Shown in pieces: positions 31,572 to 39,775 of a stretch of DNA of 64,000 nucleotides (its first letter is position 1; every line of letters begins with the position of its first letter). Both the position numbers and the translations under genes were made by a program. This stretch comes from Thermodesulfobacteriota bacterium (lineage in GTDB: Bacteria > Desulfobacterota > Desulfarculia > JACQYL01). The notes beneath the pieces were generated by a model. The model was not told the origin of the DNA. It worked only from the letters and a program-made list of their open reading frames with translations, and did no database searches. The stretch lies in contig CAXXLZ010000002.1 in NCBI GenBank assembly GCA_963675595.2, positions 1,184,001-1,248,000 of the forward strand. Direction: 5' to 3'.

Positions 31572-32438
31572 TCAACGGCGTTTTCTTCTCCGAAGGCCCA
31601 CCAGTCCCAACAAGCCGCTCCCCAACAACCACACCGCGGCAGGCACGGGCACCGGCGCCACGTCGGCAAAAGCGTCGATTTCGCCGCCGGAGAATCCGTC
31701 AACGCCTTCCACCTTCACATACTGAATCCACTCGAACCCCGATTCGGCCAGGTCAAGCCCAACGCCGCCCGCGGAGCCGTCATACAAAAGCATGGCCTCA
31801 TAAGACGTGCCGGCCGCGGCGAAATCCGCCGCCGTCAGGTCCGGATTCACCGGTTTGGCGTAATCGTTTTCCTGATCCGTCCAGCCGTTCCCCGTGGCGT
31901 CATAAAGGTCCGGGTCCCAAACCCAGGGATTGGTCGGGTAATAGTCGTCCCCATAGGGGCCGTCGACATAGGTGTACCAGTCGATGCCGTTCTGACTTAC
32001 GGAGATCTGCAAAGGCTCCGCGAACACCCCACCTCCGATCCCATAGGCCCTGTGATCCGTGTCATCGTAGACAAATCCGCCGTATCCGGCGAAAAAGGAG
32101 TTCCCGTAGACAACGAGGTCCAATCCATACGGATTGTCGGCGTCGTCGGTGACCTGATGATCGAACTTGACCACGGCCCAGTCCCCCGTGCTGAAGGTGG
32201 TGATGGCATCGTCTCCCCAGGCCGCCTCCACAAGACTCACATGGCTCGTTCCCCCGCCCCACGCCGGAATGATCGTGGTGGGTTTTCCCAAAAGGTCGTT
32301 TGCATCGTTGTAAAGCCCGGAACCGTCCAGGCTCGCGGAACAATCCACCAACTCGGTGGCGAAAATCGAGGCGTGAGCCTGTCCGGCCGCCAAGATCAGC
32401 ACCGTGCAGAGCAGGACGAACCTACCTACCATTTTCAT
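31572..32438 (-). CDS. VPxP-CTERM surface protein, BtuH-like domain
   Basis: Signal peptide; GDWAVVKFDH..DLVVYGNSF..EPLQISVSQNGIDWY; VPVPAAVWLLGSGLLGLVGLRRRKRR. Confidence 0.85.
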   Translation of the reverse strand: MKMVGRFVLLCTVLILAAGQAHASIFATELVDCSASLDGSGLYNDANDLLGKPTTIIPAWGGGTSHVSLVEAAWGDDAITTFSTGDWAVVKFDHQVTDDADNPYGLDLVVYGNSFFAGYGGFVYDDTDHRAYGIGGGVFAEPLQISVSQNGIDWYTYVDGPYGDDYYPTNPWVWDPDLYDATGNGWTDQENDYAKPVNPDLTAADFAAAGTSYEAMLLYDGSAGGVGLDLAESGFEWIQYVKVEGVDGFSGGEIDAFADVAPVPVPAAVWLLGSGLLGLVGLRRRKRR

Positions 32439-32469
32439 TCGATTCTCCCTTTCCTCCTTTGCGCCCTCA

Positions 32470-33090
32470 TCATCCGACGGTCGTCCTGCGCCTTCTCCTG
32501 AGTCCCGCCAGACCGACCAACCCGCTGCCCAGCAGCCACACCGCGCCGGGTATGGGCACCGTGGAGCATTCTCTGACGATCCAGTTGTTGTTCACGATGC
32601 CGGCGGACTGGACCAAGCCCTGGTCTCCCGTTCTGCATTTCACGGTGCCCCCGAAGAAGTACACGCCGGCCACCTCGCCGGACCCGGTCACCCCGTACAT
32701 CCTGGGATAGCCCTTGAAATAATCGGTCGCCCCGAGGAAGCTCACCAGGTATTCGATCTCGTCCAGCGGCCAATCAGAGGGATCACCGCTCCTCCAGTAG
32801 CCGAGTTCAATGTCCGCGTTCACCAGAAGTTCAATCACTTCCGCCTTGGTGGCGTAGCGGAATCCCTCGAATTCTCCGCCATCCCCGAATTGGGTGGATA
32901 CATAGCTTCTCGTCATGCTCAGCCCGAAGGACATATCGAGCCATTCCAACCCGGTTTCCGTGTCCAAAGTGACGCTCCCAGTCCCGAAAACCGCATCGTC
33001 CCGTTCCAGCAGAGAAGCATGCGTTTGGGAAATCAGGAGCAGTGAAAGCACGAATAAAGACGCAAGTTGCACCCATCGTAATCTGCTCAT
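32470..33090 (-). CDS. VPxP-CTERM surface protein (DTETGLEWLD, Lcl/DUF1566-like domain)
   Basis: Signal peptide; TLDTETGLEWLD..FRYATKAEV; VPIPGAVWLLGSGLVGLAGLRRRRR. Confidence 0.85.
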   Translation of the reverse strand: MSRLRWVQLASLFVLSLLLISQTHASLLERDDAVFGTGSVTLDTETGLEWLDMSFGLSMTRSYVSTQFGDGGEFEGFRYATKAEVIELLVNADIELGYWRSGDPSDWPLDEIEYLVSFLGATDYFKGYPRMYGVTGSGEVAGVYFFGGTVKCRTGDQGLVQSAGIVNNNWIVRECSTVPIPGAVWLLGSGLVGLAGLRRRRRTTVG

Positions 33091-33124
33091 TTCTCAGCTT
33101 CCTTTTCTGTTTGATTTGTGCGCT

Positions 33125-33856
33125 TCAGCCGCGCATTCTGCGGCGAAAACCGATCAGACCCATCAAACCACTGCCCAGCAACCATATCGCGCCGGGAATG
33201 GGGACCACCGCCGCCTGTGCGGCCAAAGGAGTAATCGGCGCCGAACCGTCCCCGTATCCGGCAGTGCCGCTGAAACTCCAGCCGTCCCAGGAACCGTCCG
33301 ACAGATTGCGTGACGAAATCCCGTTTCCGGAATAGCCCCACTCGGAACCGCCGTCGCTTACCCAGTAACTCCAGTACCCGCTGTACCAGCCGTCCACGTA
33401 ATGATCGTCCGGGTCCTCGGGAGTCCCGTCTTCACCGTCCCATTCCCCCGGCACGTAACCGAACCCGTCATTGTCCAGGTCATAGCCGAAACCGGATACG
33501 GTGTAGGCGCCCCCGAACATGTCCCACCACTGCAGCCTGACGTACAGACGGGAATCGTCCCCGTCTAAGCCGCCCGCGTAGGGACCACCGCTCGCCGCAC
33601 CGTTTCCGAAAATAGCGGCGATCATATCGGCGCCGGTGGCCTCACCGTCCCATCGATAACCCCAAGCCAGACTCTCGGGTTCTTTGCCGTCGCGCCAGTC
33701 GATGACCATGGCGGCCTCATTGGAGCCTTCACCCACCCAGTAGGTAATGTCGTCAAAGCTGAAATCCACATACGGGTCCGCCGCGGCCGGCCCGCAGCAA
33801 ACCGCCGTCATCAGCAAAACCGCGGCGAATACCGTGGACAAATTCTTCATCTTCAT
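33125..33856 (-). CDS. VPxP-CTERM surface protein, DUF4430/transcobalamin-C-like domain; first gene of the operon
   Basis: Signal peptide from MKMKNL; DDITYWVGEGSNEAAMVIDW..LAWGYRWDG; GYWSYWV..WGYSGNGISSRNLSDGSWDGWSF; CTERM tail. Confidence 0.85.
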   Translation of the reverse strand: MKMKNLSTVFAAVLLMTAVCCGPAAADPYVDFSFDDITYWVGEGSNEAAMVIDWRDGKEPESLAWGYRWDGEATGADMIAAIFGNGAASGGPYAGGLDGDDSRLYVRLQWWDMFGGAYTVSGFGYDLDNDGFGYVPGEWDGEDGTPEDPDDHYVDGWYSGYWSYWVSDGGSEWGYSGNGISSRNLSDGSWDGWSFSGTAGYGDGSAPITPLAAQAAVVPIPGAIWLLGSGLMGLIGFRRRMRG

Positions 33857-34314
33857 TTTCAAGGCAACTCTCCTTGTGTGACGGAGCCTTCGCCATCGGA
33901 AGCGCTCCTCGTGCGCTATCACTTCTGTTCGTGCGTTCCTTCGCGTTCCGGCCCGGCGTTTTCGAAGGCCCACAAGCACGCTGCCCGGCGCCCACACGGC
34001 TTCCGGAAACGGACGCTTTATTCTTCGCATTGAATGCAGATTGGCTGATATCGCGAGGCGCGAGGGGAATCCGTGGAGAAAGTTCCCTTTCTCTTGGGAT
34101 TGACGGATACCGATGGATGGGTTATCCTAAGACTGTTCGTTCTCTCCTAGGAGAGGCGAACGGTACGCCCGGATTCGCGCCGGTGCGAAATTGGAAGGCC
34201 TGCATGGCGTCTTGGCGGAAGCGTGCGGGCCTTCTCCTTTTCTATCTTTTCTGTTCGAACGTTCTTCAGCACCTCCTTCCCATGGGCACGGCCCGTGCGT
34301 TTGCTTGTCCCCGC

Positions 34315-34466
34315 AAAAAAAAGGACAGCCGGGCTGCTGCAGAATGCGGCAACCCGGCTGTCCGGAGTCGAACCTGAAGCGTTTCCGGGAACACGCTTCC
34401 GTCCGAACGTCTTTAGGACCCGTGGCTTTCCGACCCCCGGTTTCCCGGGGTGTGGCTTTCTCTCAA
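34315..34466 (-). promoter_or_regulatory. c-di-GMP-I (GEMM-I) riboswitch with overlapping intrinsic terminator (predicted ON switch)
   Basis: Minus strand AAAG-CC-ACA-CCCCGG-GAAA-CCGGGG-GTC-GG-AAAGCC...GGTCCTAAAG...GGACAGCCGGGTTGCCG; terminator GGACAGCCGGGTTGC...GCAGCCCGGCTGTCC followed by a T run. P1 looks weak. Confidence 0.85.
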
Positions 34467-34621
34467 GTCGCGCCGAAAGATAATCAGATTATTCGGGAAC
34501 CTTCAGGTACTTCCCTCTGCGCCACCATCCGTCCTCACTCTGTTTTGGAGACTTTTTACAGGATGGTGGAGTCGGTCCCCTTCCCTGCGCCTTACTCTCT
34601 TTCCGGCACCTTGTTTACGAC

Positions 34622-34682
34622 CGTTTACACCAATACCGTCGGCAATGCTTGTCCGATATTGCTAAAAACTTGGACAATGTTG
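34622..34682 (-). promoter_or_regulatory. 38-bp regulon motif copy (CTERM operon promoter) plus -10-like TAAACG
   Basis: CAACATTGTCCAAGTTTTTAGCAATATCGGACAAGCAT (34682 to 34645), then 17 bp, then TAAACG. Confidence 0.7.
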
Positions 34683-35074
34683 GCATCGGGCAGATTTTCC
34701 GTCTTCGGGGACTGAACCTTGCCGAAGAAAAACCCGGACCGAGCGCTTCGCGCTCAATCCGGGTCGGTTGGAGGTAGGCCGCTTCCCAGGGTGAAAGGCG
34801 GCTGGAAGGAAACGAGTCGTTATCAGTCGGAGAGGTGTAAAACGCGATCTCCCACGCATCGCGCTTCATCCCTCGTTACCGCGACGTCCTCCATGTGCGC
34901 TTCGTACATCGGAAATTGCGCGCCTTGCCTGTCATTGTTCTTCCTCCGTCCGCAAGACTCGTTCAATCAAAACGGATCGCCCCGACTCCGCCCATACGGC
35001 CGGCCGACATGCGGTGTAATTTCTCCGCTCGCAAGTCGCTTCATCACGAAACCGCGAAGGACCGATGCTCATTC

Positions 35075-35911
35075 TTATCCCGCCTTTTGATTCCGGGATC
35101 CGAGCAGCTTCCTTTCCGCTTTCATATAGTAGGAAGGCGCCACCCCCATGAGTCTCTTGAATATTCGAGTGAAATACGAGACGTTGTTGAAACCCACCGC
35201 GAAGCAGGCCTCCGATACGTTCATCTTTTGTTCCAGCATGAGAAGCTTCGCCGCCTCGATCCTCCTTTTGTTCAGATACTCACTGAAGGTAAGGGAAGTT
35301 TCCGATTTGAACACACGGGAAAAATGATACTTACTCATGCCGTTGGCCTTCGCCACCTGTTCCAACGTGATGGGTTGCATATAGTTCTGTTCGAGGTACA
35401 GAATGGATTTCTCCAGGTTGCGGGGAATCTTCCAATGTTCCCTGCGCAGGGAGACGATTCGATTCGATGGGTTGGACCCCATGCCGCGGAAGACGTGTTT
35501 GATATGGCCGAAGGCCAGCCGGTAAAAAAAATCTCGGAGTTTCTCGTGATGTTGAAGCATCACCAGGAAATCCTCGCTCTCTTGAACGTAGCAGGTCACC
35601 GGCTCCAGGCACAACAGGAGTTTGATGGACGGGCTTTCGGAAAGCACCTCCACCAGACCGAACCAATCTCCACGGCGTATCGTGCCGCATAACGTGCTGC
35701 TCTGGCAGGGGACCTCCCAATGAGCCGACCCGGATGCCAACACCCCGATCTGTTTCACCTTCTCTCCGTTTCGAAGCAGCGTGGACCCGGTGGGAAACAA
35801 CACGGGGCGCAAACCCAAAACCACCGATTTCACGGCCCCCTCGTTCAGATCGTTCAAGGGGCACAGCTCGTTCATTTCGGTTTCGACCTCAGCCCGGCAC
35901 ATCTTAGACAC
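35075..35911 (-). CDS. AraC-family transcriptional regulator with an N-terminal cNMP-binding(CAP)-like domain
   Basis: C-terminal ITLEQVAKANGMSKYHFSRVFK...VSEACFAVGFNNVSYFTRIFK; N-terminal FPTGSTLLRNGE..VLASGSA..TIRRGDWFGLVE resembles the cNMP beta-roll. Confidence 0.88.
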   Translation of the reverse strand: MSKMCRAEVETEMNELCPLNDLNEGAVKSVVLGLRPVLFPTGSTLLRNGEKVKQIGVLASGSAHWEVPCQSSTLCGTIRRGDWFGLVEVLSESPSIKLLLCLEPVTCYVQESEDFLVMLQHHEKLRDFFYRLAFGHIKHVFRGMGSNPSNRIVSLRREHWKIPRNLEKSILYLEQNYMQPITLEQVAKANGMSKYHFSRVFKSETSLTFSEYLNKRRIEAAKLLMLEQKMNVSEACFAVGFNNVSYFTRIFKRLMGVAPSYYMKAERKLLGSRNQKAG

Positions 35912-36117
35912 CTCTTTCGTTCCAAAAAAAAGATCTCACCTCGGACAACCAAGGCAAGACCTGGAACTCGCCGGTGAAGGACAGGATACACGGGGGCCCG
36001 ACGTCGCGCTTAGGGCAACGACCTCATGACCGGGACCCGGCGCTTGCGCCCGGTCCGGCCCGCTCGATCCTTCTCGGCATTCCACCATGCCTTGATTCCC
36101 GAGGGCATACAGTGGAG

Positions 36118-36285
36118 ATCATCTCGGCAGGTCTCCTGGCTTGTGGTTCGTCCTACTCGCCGCACCTTCCCGGACCGAAACGTCCAGTGGTGAATAGCGG
36201 CTTTCGTCCCCACACACAGTGGCGATCCCGCAGCGGCTTCCGCCCCGCTTTCCCTATTATGCCCTTACCGGGCGCCTGAGATGAT
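36118..36285 (-). promoter_or_regulatory. cobalamin (B12) riboswitch upstream of the AraC gene
   Basis: Minus strand P1 ATCATCTC/GAGATGAT, AGGCGC, AATAGGGAA, GCCACTGTG, CCACTG, GGGAAGG, B12 box AGCCAGGAGACCTGCC. Confidence 0.92.
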
Positions 36286-36358
36286 AACGGATGTCATTAT
36301 GCTACTAGGTACACTTCTTGTATACCCTCAACAGCGGCGGTTGGCAAACACGACCCGC

Positions 36359-36406
36359 CTCTGCTCTCAGCTCTCAGCTCTCTGCTCTCTGCTCTCTGCT
36401 CTCAGG
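36359..36406. repeat. heptamer tandem repeat (CTCWGCT) x ~6.7
   Basis: CTCTGCT CTCAGCT CTCAGCT CTCTGCT CTCTGCT CTCTGCT CTCAGG, at the PKD-gene stop. Confidence 0.85.
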
Positions 36407-39143
36407 AAATATCGTCAAACATCAATTCCACGGTCGTCTCAACCGTCCCGAAGTTGGGAATCCGTGTTTCCACGGTTCCGCTGCCGGCATCAACGGCACT
36501 CAAATCAAATGTGTAGTCTCTACCGTGCAGGTCGTTGGATACGGATATCCCGTCGGTGTAGTCCGGGTCCAGGAACACGGTATACCCTCCGTCTCCCATG
36601 GTCGCCACCACCACACAGGAACCCGCGGAGTACTTCTGCAAATACAGGCTGAAAACCCCGTCGGCGCTTTTCCAGATCCCGTTTCGAGGATAAGTATCCT
36701 CGAAATCCACATCCGCGAACCTGAGTTCCACGGTCTTGATCACCTCGTCGAACCCCGGCAGAGAAGCCGTCACCGTGGCGCCGGTCGCGTCCGCGGCCGC
36801 CAGGCTCAGGCTGAATCCCTTGCCGTCGATATCCTGCCCCACGTTGATTCCGTCCCTGTAATCCGTATCCAGAAACACCGTGTACGCACCGTCGCCCATG
36901 GTGGCGATGACGATGCACGAGTTCGTGTCGTATTTCTGAAGATAGAGGCTGAGCACGTCGTCGGCGCTCTTCCAGATCCCGTTGGAGGGATACACGGCGG
37001 CGGAAGAGGTTACGGTAATATGGTCCGTAAAGGTTTTGGTCACGGTTCCATAGACGTTGGTCGCCGTCAGGGTCACCGTGTACTTGCCCGGCTGTGAGTA
37101 TACATGCACCGGATTCTGCTCCGCACCGGTGCCTCCGTCGCCGAAAATCCATGTCCAGGACGTGGGCCCGTTGGTGGATTCGTCGTCAAAGGTCACCGTA
37201 AGAGGCGCCGGACCGCTGGTGGGCGTGGCTGAGAACCCGGGAACGGGCGGTTGCTCGGAATCGATCACCGTGATGTAGTCCGTGCGAACCTTGAAGTCGC
37301 TTCCGCCGTCATTGGAAACGGTCAACTGCACGGAATAGGTTCCCGGTTCGGTATAGGTATGAGACGGGGCCTGGTAGTCGGCCGTTTCTCCATCGCCGAA
37401 ATCCCAACTCCACTGAGTGGGGTCGTCGGTGGATTCGTCTTTGAACATCACCTCCAAGGGCGCCTTGCCGCTGGTGGGAGCGGCGCTGAAAGCGCAGGTC
37501 GGAGCCGTGGTCGTCCCCCCGCCGTCGGTCACGGTAATGTAGTTCTGCCTCGTTTTCTCATCGGTTCCCGCACTGTTGGTAACCTCGAGGCCAACCGTGT
37601 ACGTGCCGGGAGTCGTATATTTGTGCGTGGGATTTTGGCTCCCGCTCTGGGAACCGTCTCCGAAATTCCACACCCAACCGGTTGGAACGCCCGTGGAGGC
37701 GTCCGTGAACGTCACCGAAAGAGGCGCCGATCCGTTCAAGGGCGCGGCCGTGAAGTCGCTCACCGGAGTGACCGGAGTAGCCGCTTCCGTTACCGTGATG
37801 TAGCCCGTTCGCGTCTTGCTGTCGGAATCGCCGCCGTTGGACACCGTCAACGTGACGGAGTAGGTCCCGGGATATTCGAAAGTATGAGGGGCATTCTGTG
37901 TGATGGCAGAGGGTGAATCGCTGAAATCCCACTGCCATTCCGTGGGCGATCCGTCGGATAGATCGGTGAAATGAACGGTCAAGGGAGCCGTACCGGTCGT
38001 GGGGTCCCCGGAAAAGTCGCACACCAGGTTTTCCACGGCCCCCGTTACGGTAATGTAGCCCACCTTGGTTTCGGTATCGTTCCCCCATTGATTCTTCGCA
38101 TAAAGTGATACCGTATATACCCCGGGCATTGAATAGACGTGAGATGGATTTTCCTGTCTTATGATCTTCCCATCCCCCAGATCCCATTTCCAACTGGTGG
38201 GGTCGTTTGAGGATTGGCTGGTGAATTGTACGGTGAGGGGCGCGGCGCCCGTGGTGGGGGTCGCTGAAAAAGCGGCCACAGGCGGATTGCCCTCCACCGT
38301 GATGAGCGCTTCCCTGGTTTTGCTGTGGCTGCCGAAGGCGTTGGTCACCGTAAGCACCACGGTGTACACCCCGTCGTTCTGATACACGTGCGCCGGATCG
38401 GACTGGGTGCTTGTGGACCCGTCTCCGAAATCCCAATCCCACTGGGTGGGGTCCCCCTCGGACAGGTCCGTGAAGGACACGGTCAACGGTTTTTCACCGC
38501 TGGTGGGCGCGGCCGAAAAGTCCGCCGAGGGAATCGCCTCCGTACCGTAATAGTCCGGTCCCCCGTCCCCCAGAAGCACGGTCTTGGAGGCGTCGGTATA
38601 CATATCCAGTTCGGAAGGACCGCCGGCTACAAGAAAGTCCCACCCGTCCTGCTCAATGAATTCGATCCACACATCCTCCCCGTTGGCAAGGCCTCCGTCA
38701 TATTGGAAGGTGGCCGTGAACAGAAGAAAATCCTCTCCTTCACTTATGTCTTGATGCGGCCCATAGCCGAGCAAACTCCATTTTCCGATATGCCGTATGG
38801 CGCCGGCGTCGGCCTCCGGATATTTCCGAGACCCCTTTTGCTCATACCAGGCATTAGGGTCGAAAGGATAATAAAGCATTTCCGTTGGGCCATAGGTCAG
38901 ATACTCAAATGTCAACTCGTCACCGTCCGCCTGAGTATCATCAAACCCCAGAGTAAGGCCCCAGGCGTGCAACTCGTCGTCGTGTTCCGCGTGGAGGTAC
39001 ACTTTCGCCTCGAAGGTTTCTCCGTTTTCGAGGGGCCCCCGGGAACCCACGGGCTGCATCCAGAGGAAGTGAGCAAAACCGGGAACAACGGACAGGAACC
39101 CGAACATCACTAGGACCACAAATCCGAGCGTCAACCTTCGCAT
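36402..39143 (-). CDS. exported scaffold-like protein: cohesin-like domain + 6 PKD domains + 2 'GIWK' domains
   Basis: AGGAG RBS, signal peptide from MRRLTL; six W.W.F/L.D PKD repeats; N-terminal domain closely similar to 41404-42087; C-terminal tandem NGIWKSAD repeats. Confidence 0.9.
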   Translation of the reverse strand: MRRLTLGFVVLVMFGFLSVVPGFAHFLWMQPVGSRGPLENGETFEAKVYLHAEHDDELHAWGLTLGFDDTQADGDELTFEYLTYGPTEMLYYPFDPNAWYEQKGSRKYPEADAGAIRHIGKWSLLGYGPHQDISEGEDFLLFTATFQYDGGLANGEDVWIEFIEQDGWDFLVAGGPSELDMYTDASKTVLLGDGGPDYYGTEAIPSADFSAAPTSGEKPLTVSFTDLSEGDPTQWDWDFGDGSTSTQSDPAHVYQNDGVYTVVLTVTNAFGSHSKTREALITVEGNPPVAAFSATPTTGAAPLTVQFTSQSSNDPTSWKWDLGDGKIIRQENPSHVYSMPGVYTVSLYAKNQWGNDTETKVGYITVTGAVENLVCDFSGDPTTGTAPLTVHFTDLSDGSPTEWQWDFSDSPSAITQNAPHTFEYPGTYSVTLTVSNGGDSDSKTRTGYITVTEAATPVTPVSDFTAAPLNGSAPLSVTFTDASTGVPTGWVWNFGDGSQSGSQNPTHKYTTPGTYTVGLEVTNSAGTDEKTRQNYITVTDGGGTTTAPTCAFSAAPTSGKAPLEVMFKDESTDDPTQWSWDFGDGETADYQAPSHTYTEPGTYSVQLTVSNDGGSDFKVRTDYITVIDSEQPPVPGFSATPTSGPAPLTVTFDDESTNGPTSWTWIFGDGGTGAEQNPVHVYSQPGKYTVTLTATNVYGTVTKTFTDHITVTSSAAVYPSNGIWKSADDVLSLYLQKYDTNSCIVIATMGDGAYTVFLDTDYRDGINVGQDIDGKGFSLSLAAADATGATVTASLPGFDEVIKTVELRFADVDFEDTYPRNGIWKSADGVFSLYLQKYSAGSCVVVATMGDGGYTVFLDPDYTDGISVSNDLHGRDYTFDLSAVDAGSGTVETRIPNFGTVETTVELMFDDIS

Positions 39144-39219
39144 TCGTTCTCTCCTGAAATCGGAGTTAGGGATTCGGAGCATGGTGTACAAATACGTAAC
39201 CTGCTTTACCTTGCTGAAC

Positions 39220-39280
39220 ATTATGGATGAAAAATTCGGCCCATTCTTGTCCGTTATTGCTCAAAATCAGCATTATCTTG
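39220..39280 (-). promoter_or_regulatory. 38-bp regulon motif copy (PKD gene promoter) plus -10 CATAAT
   Basis: CAAGATAATGCTGATTTTGAGCAATAACGGACAAGAAT (39280 to 39243), then 17 bp, then CATAAT. Confidence 0.72.
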
Positions 39281-39413
39281 CTGTCTCGCCTTTATGCCCC
39301 GATTCTCGAAACGGATTCCATGCGTCCCATTCGGCCGTTCAACTGTGGGGAATATATATAAGGGATCCTCCGGACGGAAACCGATCCGGACCTCGCAAAA
39401 AAAAGCATGACGG

Positions 39414-39474
39414 CAAGGAAGTCCATATTTTCCGCAATATAAGTCCAGCATCCTTCCCAAAGACCGGATATACC
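39414..39474 (+). promoter_or_regulatory. 38-bp regulon motif copy (dockerin/cohesin operon promoter) plus -10-like TATACC
   Basis: CAAGGAAGTCCATATTTTCCGCAATATAAGTCCAGCAT (39414-39451), then 17 bp, then TATACC. Confidence 0.7.
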
Positions 39475-39508
39475 TCTCTCCAATAGTACGCGTCCGACGC
39501 ACTTCCAC

Positions 39509-39607
39509 TTTCGAAAAAGCCACACCCGTCGTGAGGCGGGGCCGGAAAACTTCGGGTCTCCAGAGAGACGGCCGGGTTGCCGAAAGGCAGCCCGGCTTTT
39601 GTTTTTT
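39509..39607 (+). promoter_or_regulatory. c-di-GMP-I (GEMM-I) riboswitch with overlapping terminator (predicted ON switch)
   Basis: P1 TTTCG/CGAAA; AAAAG-CC-ACA-CCCGTC-GTGA-GGCGGG-GCC-GG-AAA; GGGTTGCCG; terminator GCCGGGTTGCC-GAAA-GGCAGCCCGGC-TTTTGTTTTTT. Confidence 0.88.
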
Positions 39608-39775
39608 CCGGGCCCATGCGCGGGGGACGTTTGGAATGGAAACCCGAACCCGAAACCCAACCCCCAAAGCCCGCCTCGGTACGGGACGGCCGGCGGGTCG
39701 GCAAGACCCACGGTTTCACTCCGGAGTTCAAATCGAAACCGGAGGCAAGAACCCATCGGAACAAGGAGAAAGATC

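Noticed and set aside
29970-33220. Near-identical DNA repeats at the 3' ends of the clustered genes as an array or shufflon
   Set aside because: They encode the shared CTERM sorting signal; no regular spacers, no inverted copies, no recombinase.
34315-39607. GEMM-Ib (3',3'-cGAMP) riboswitch assignment, as known from Geobacter
   Set aside because: Both aptamers have G, not A, at the G20-equivalent position.
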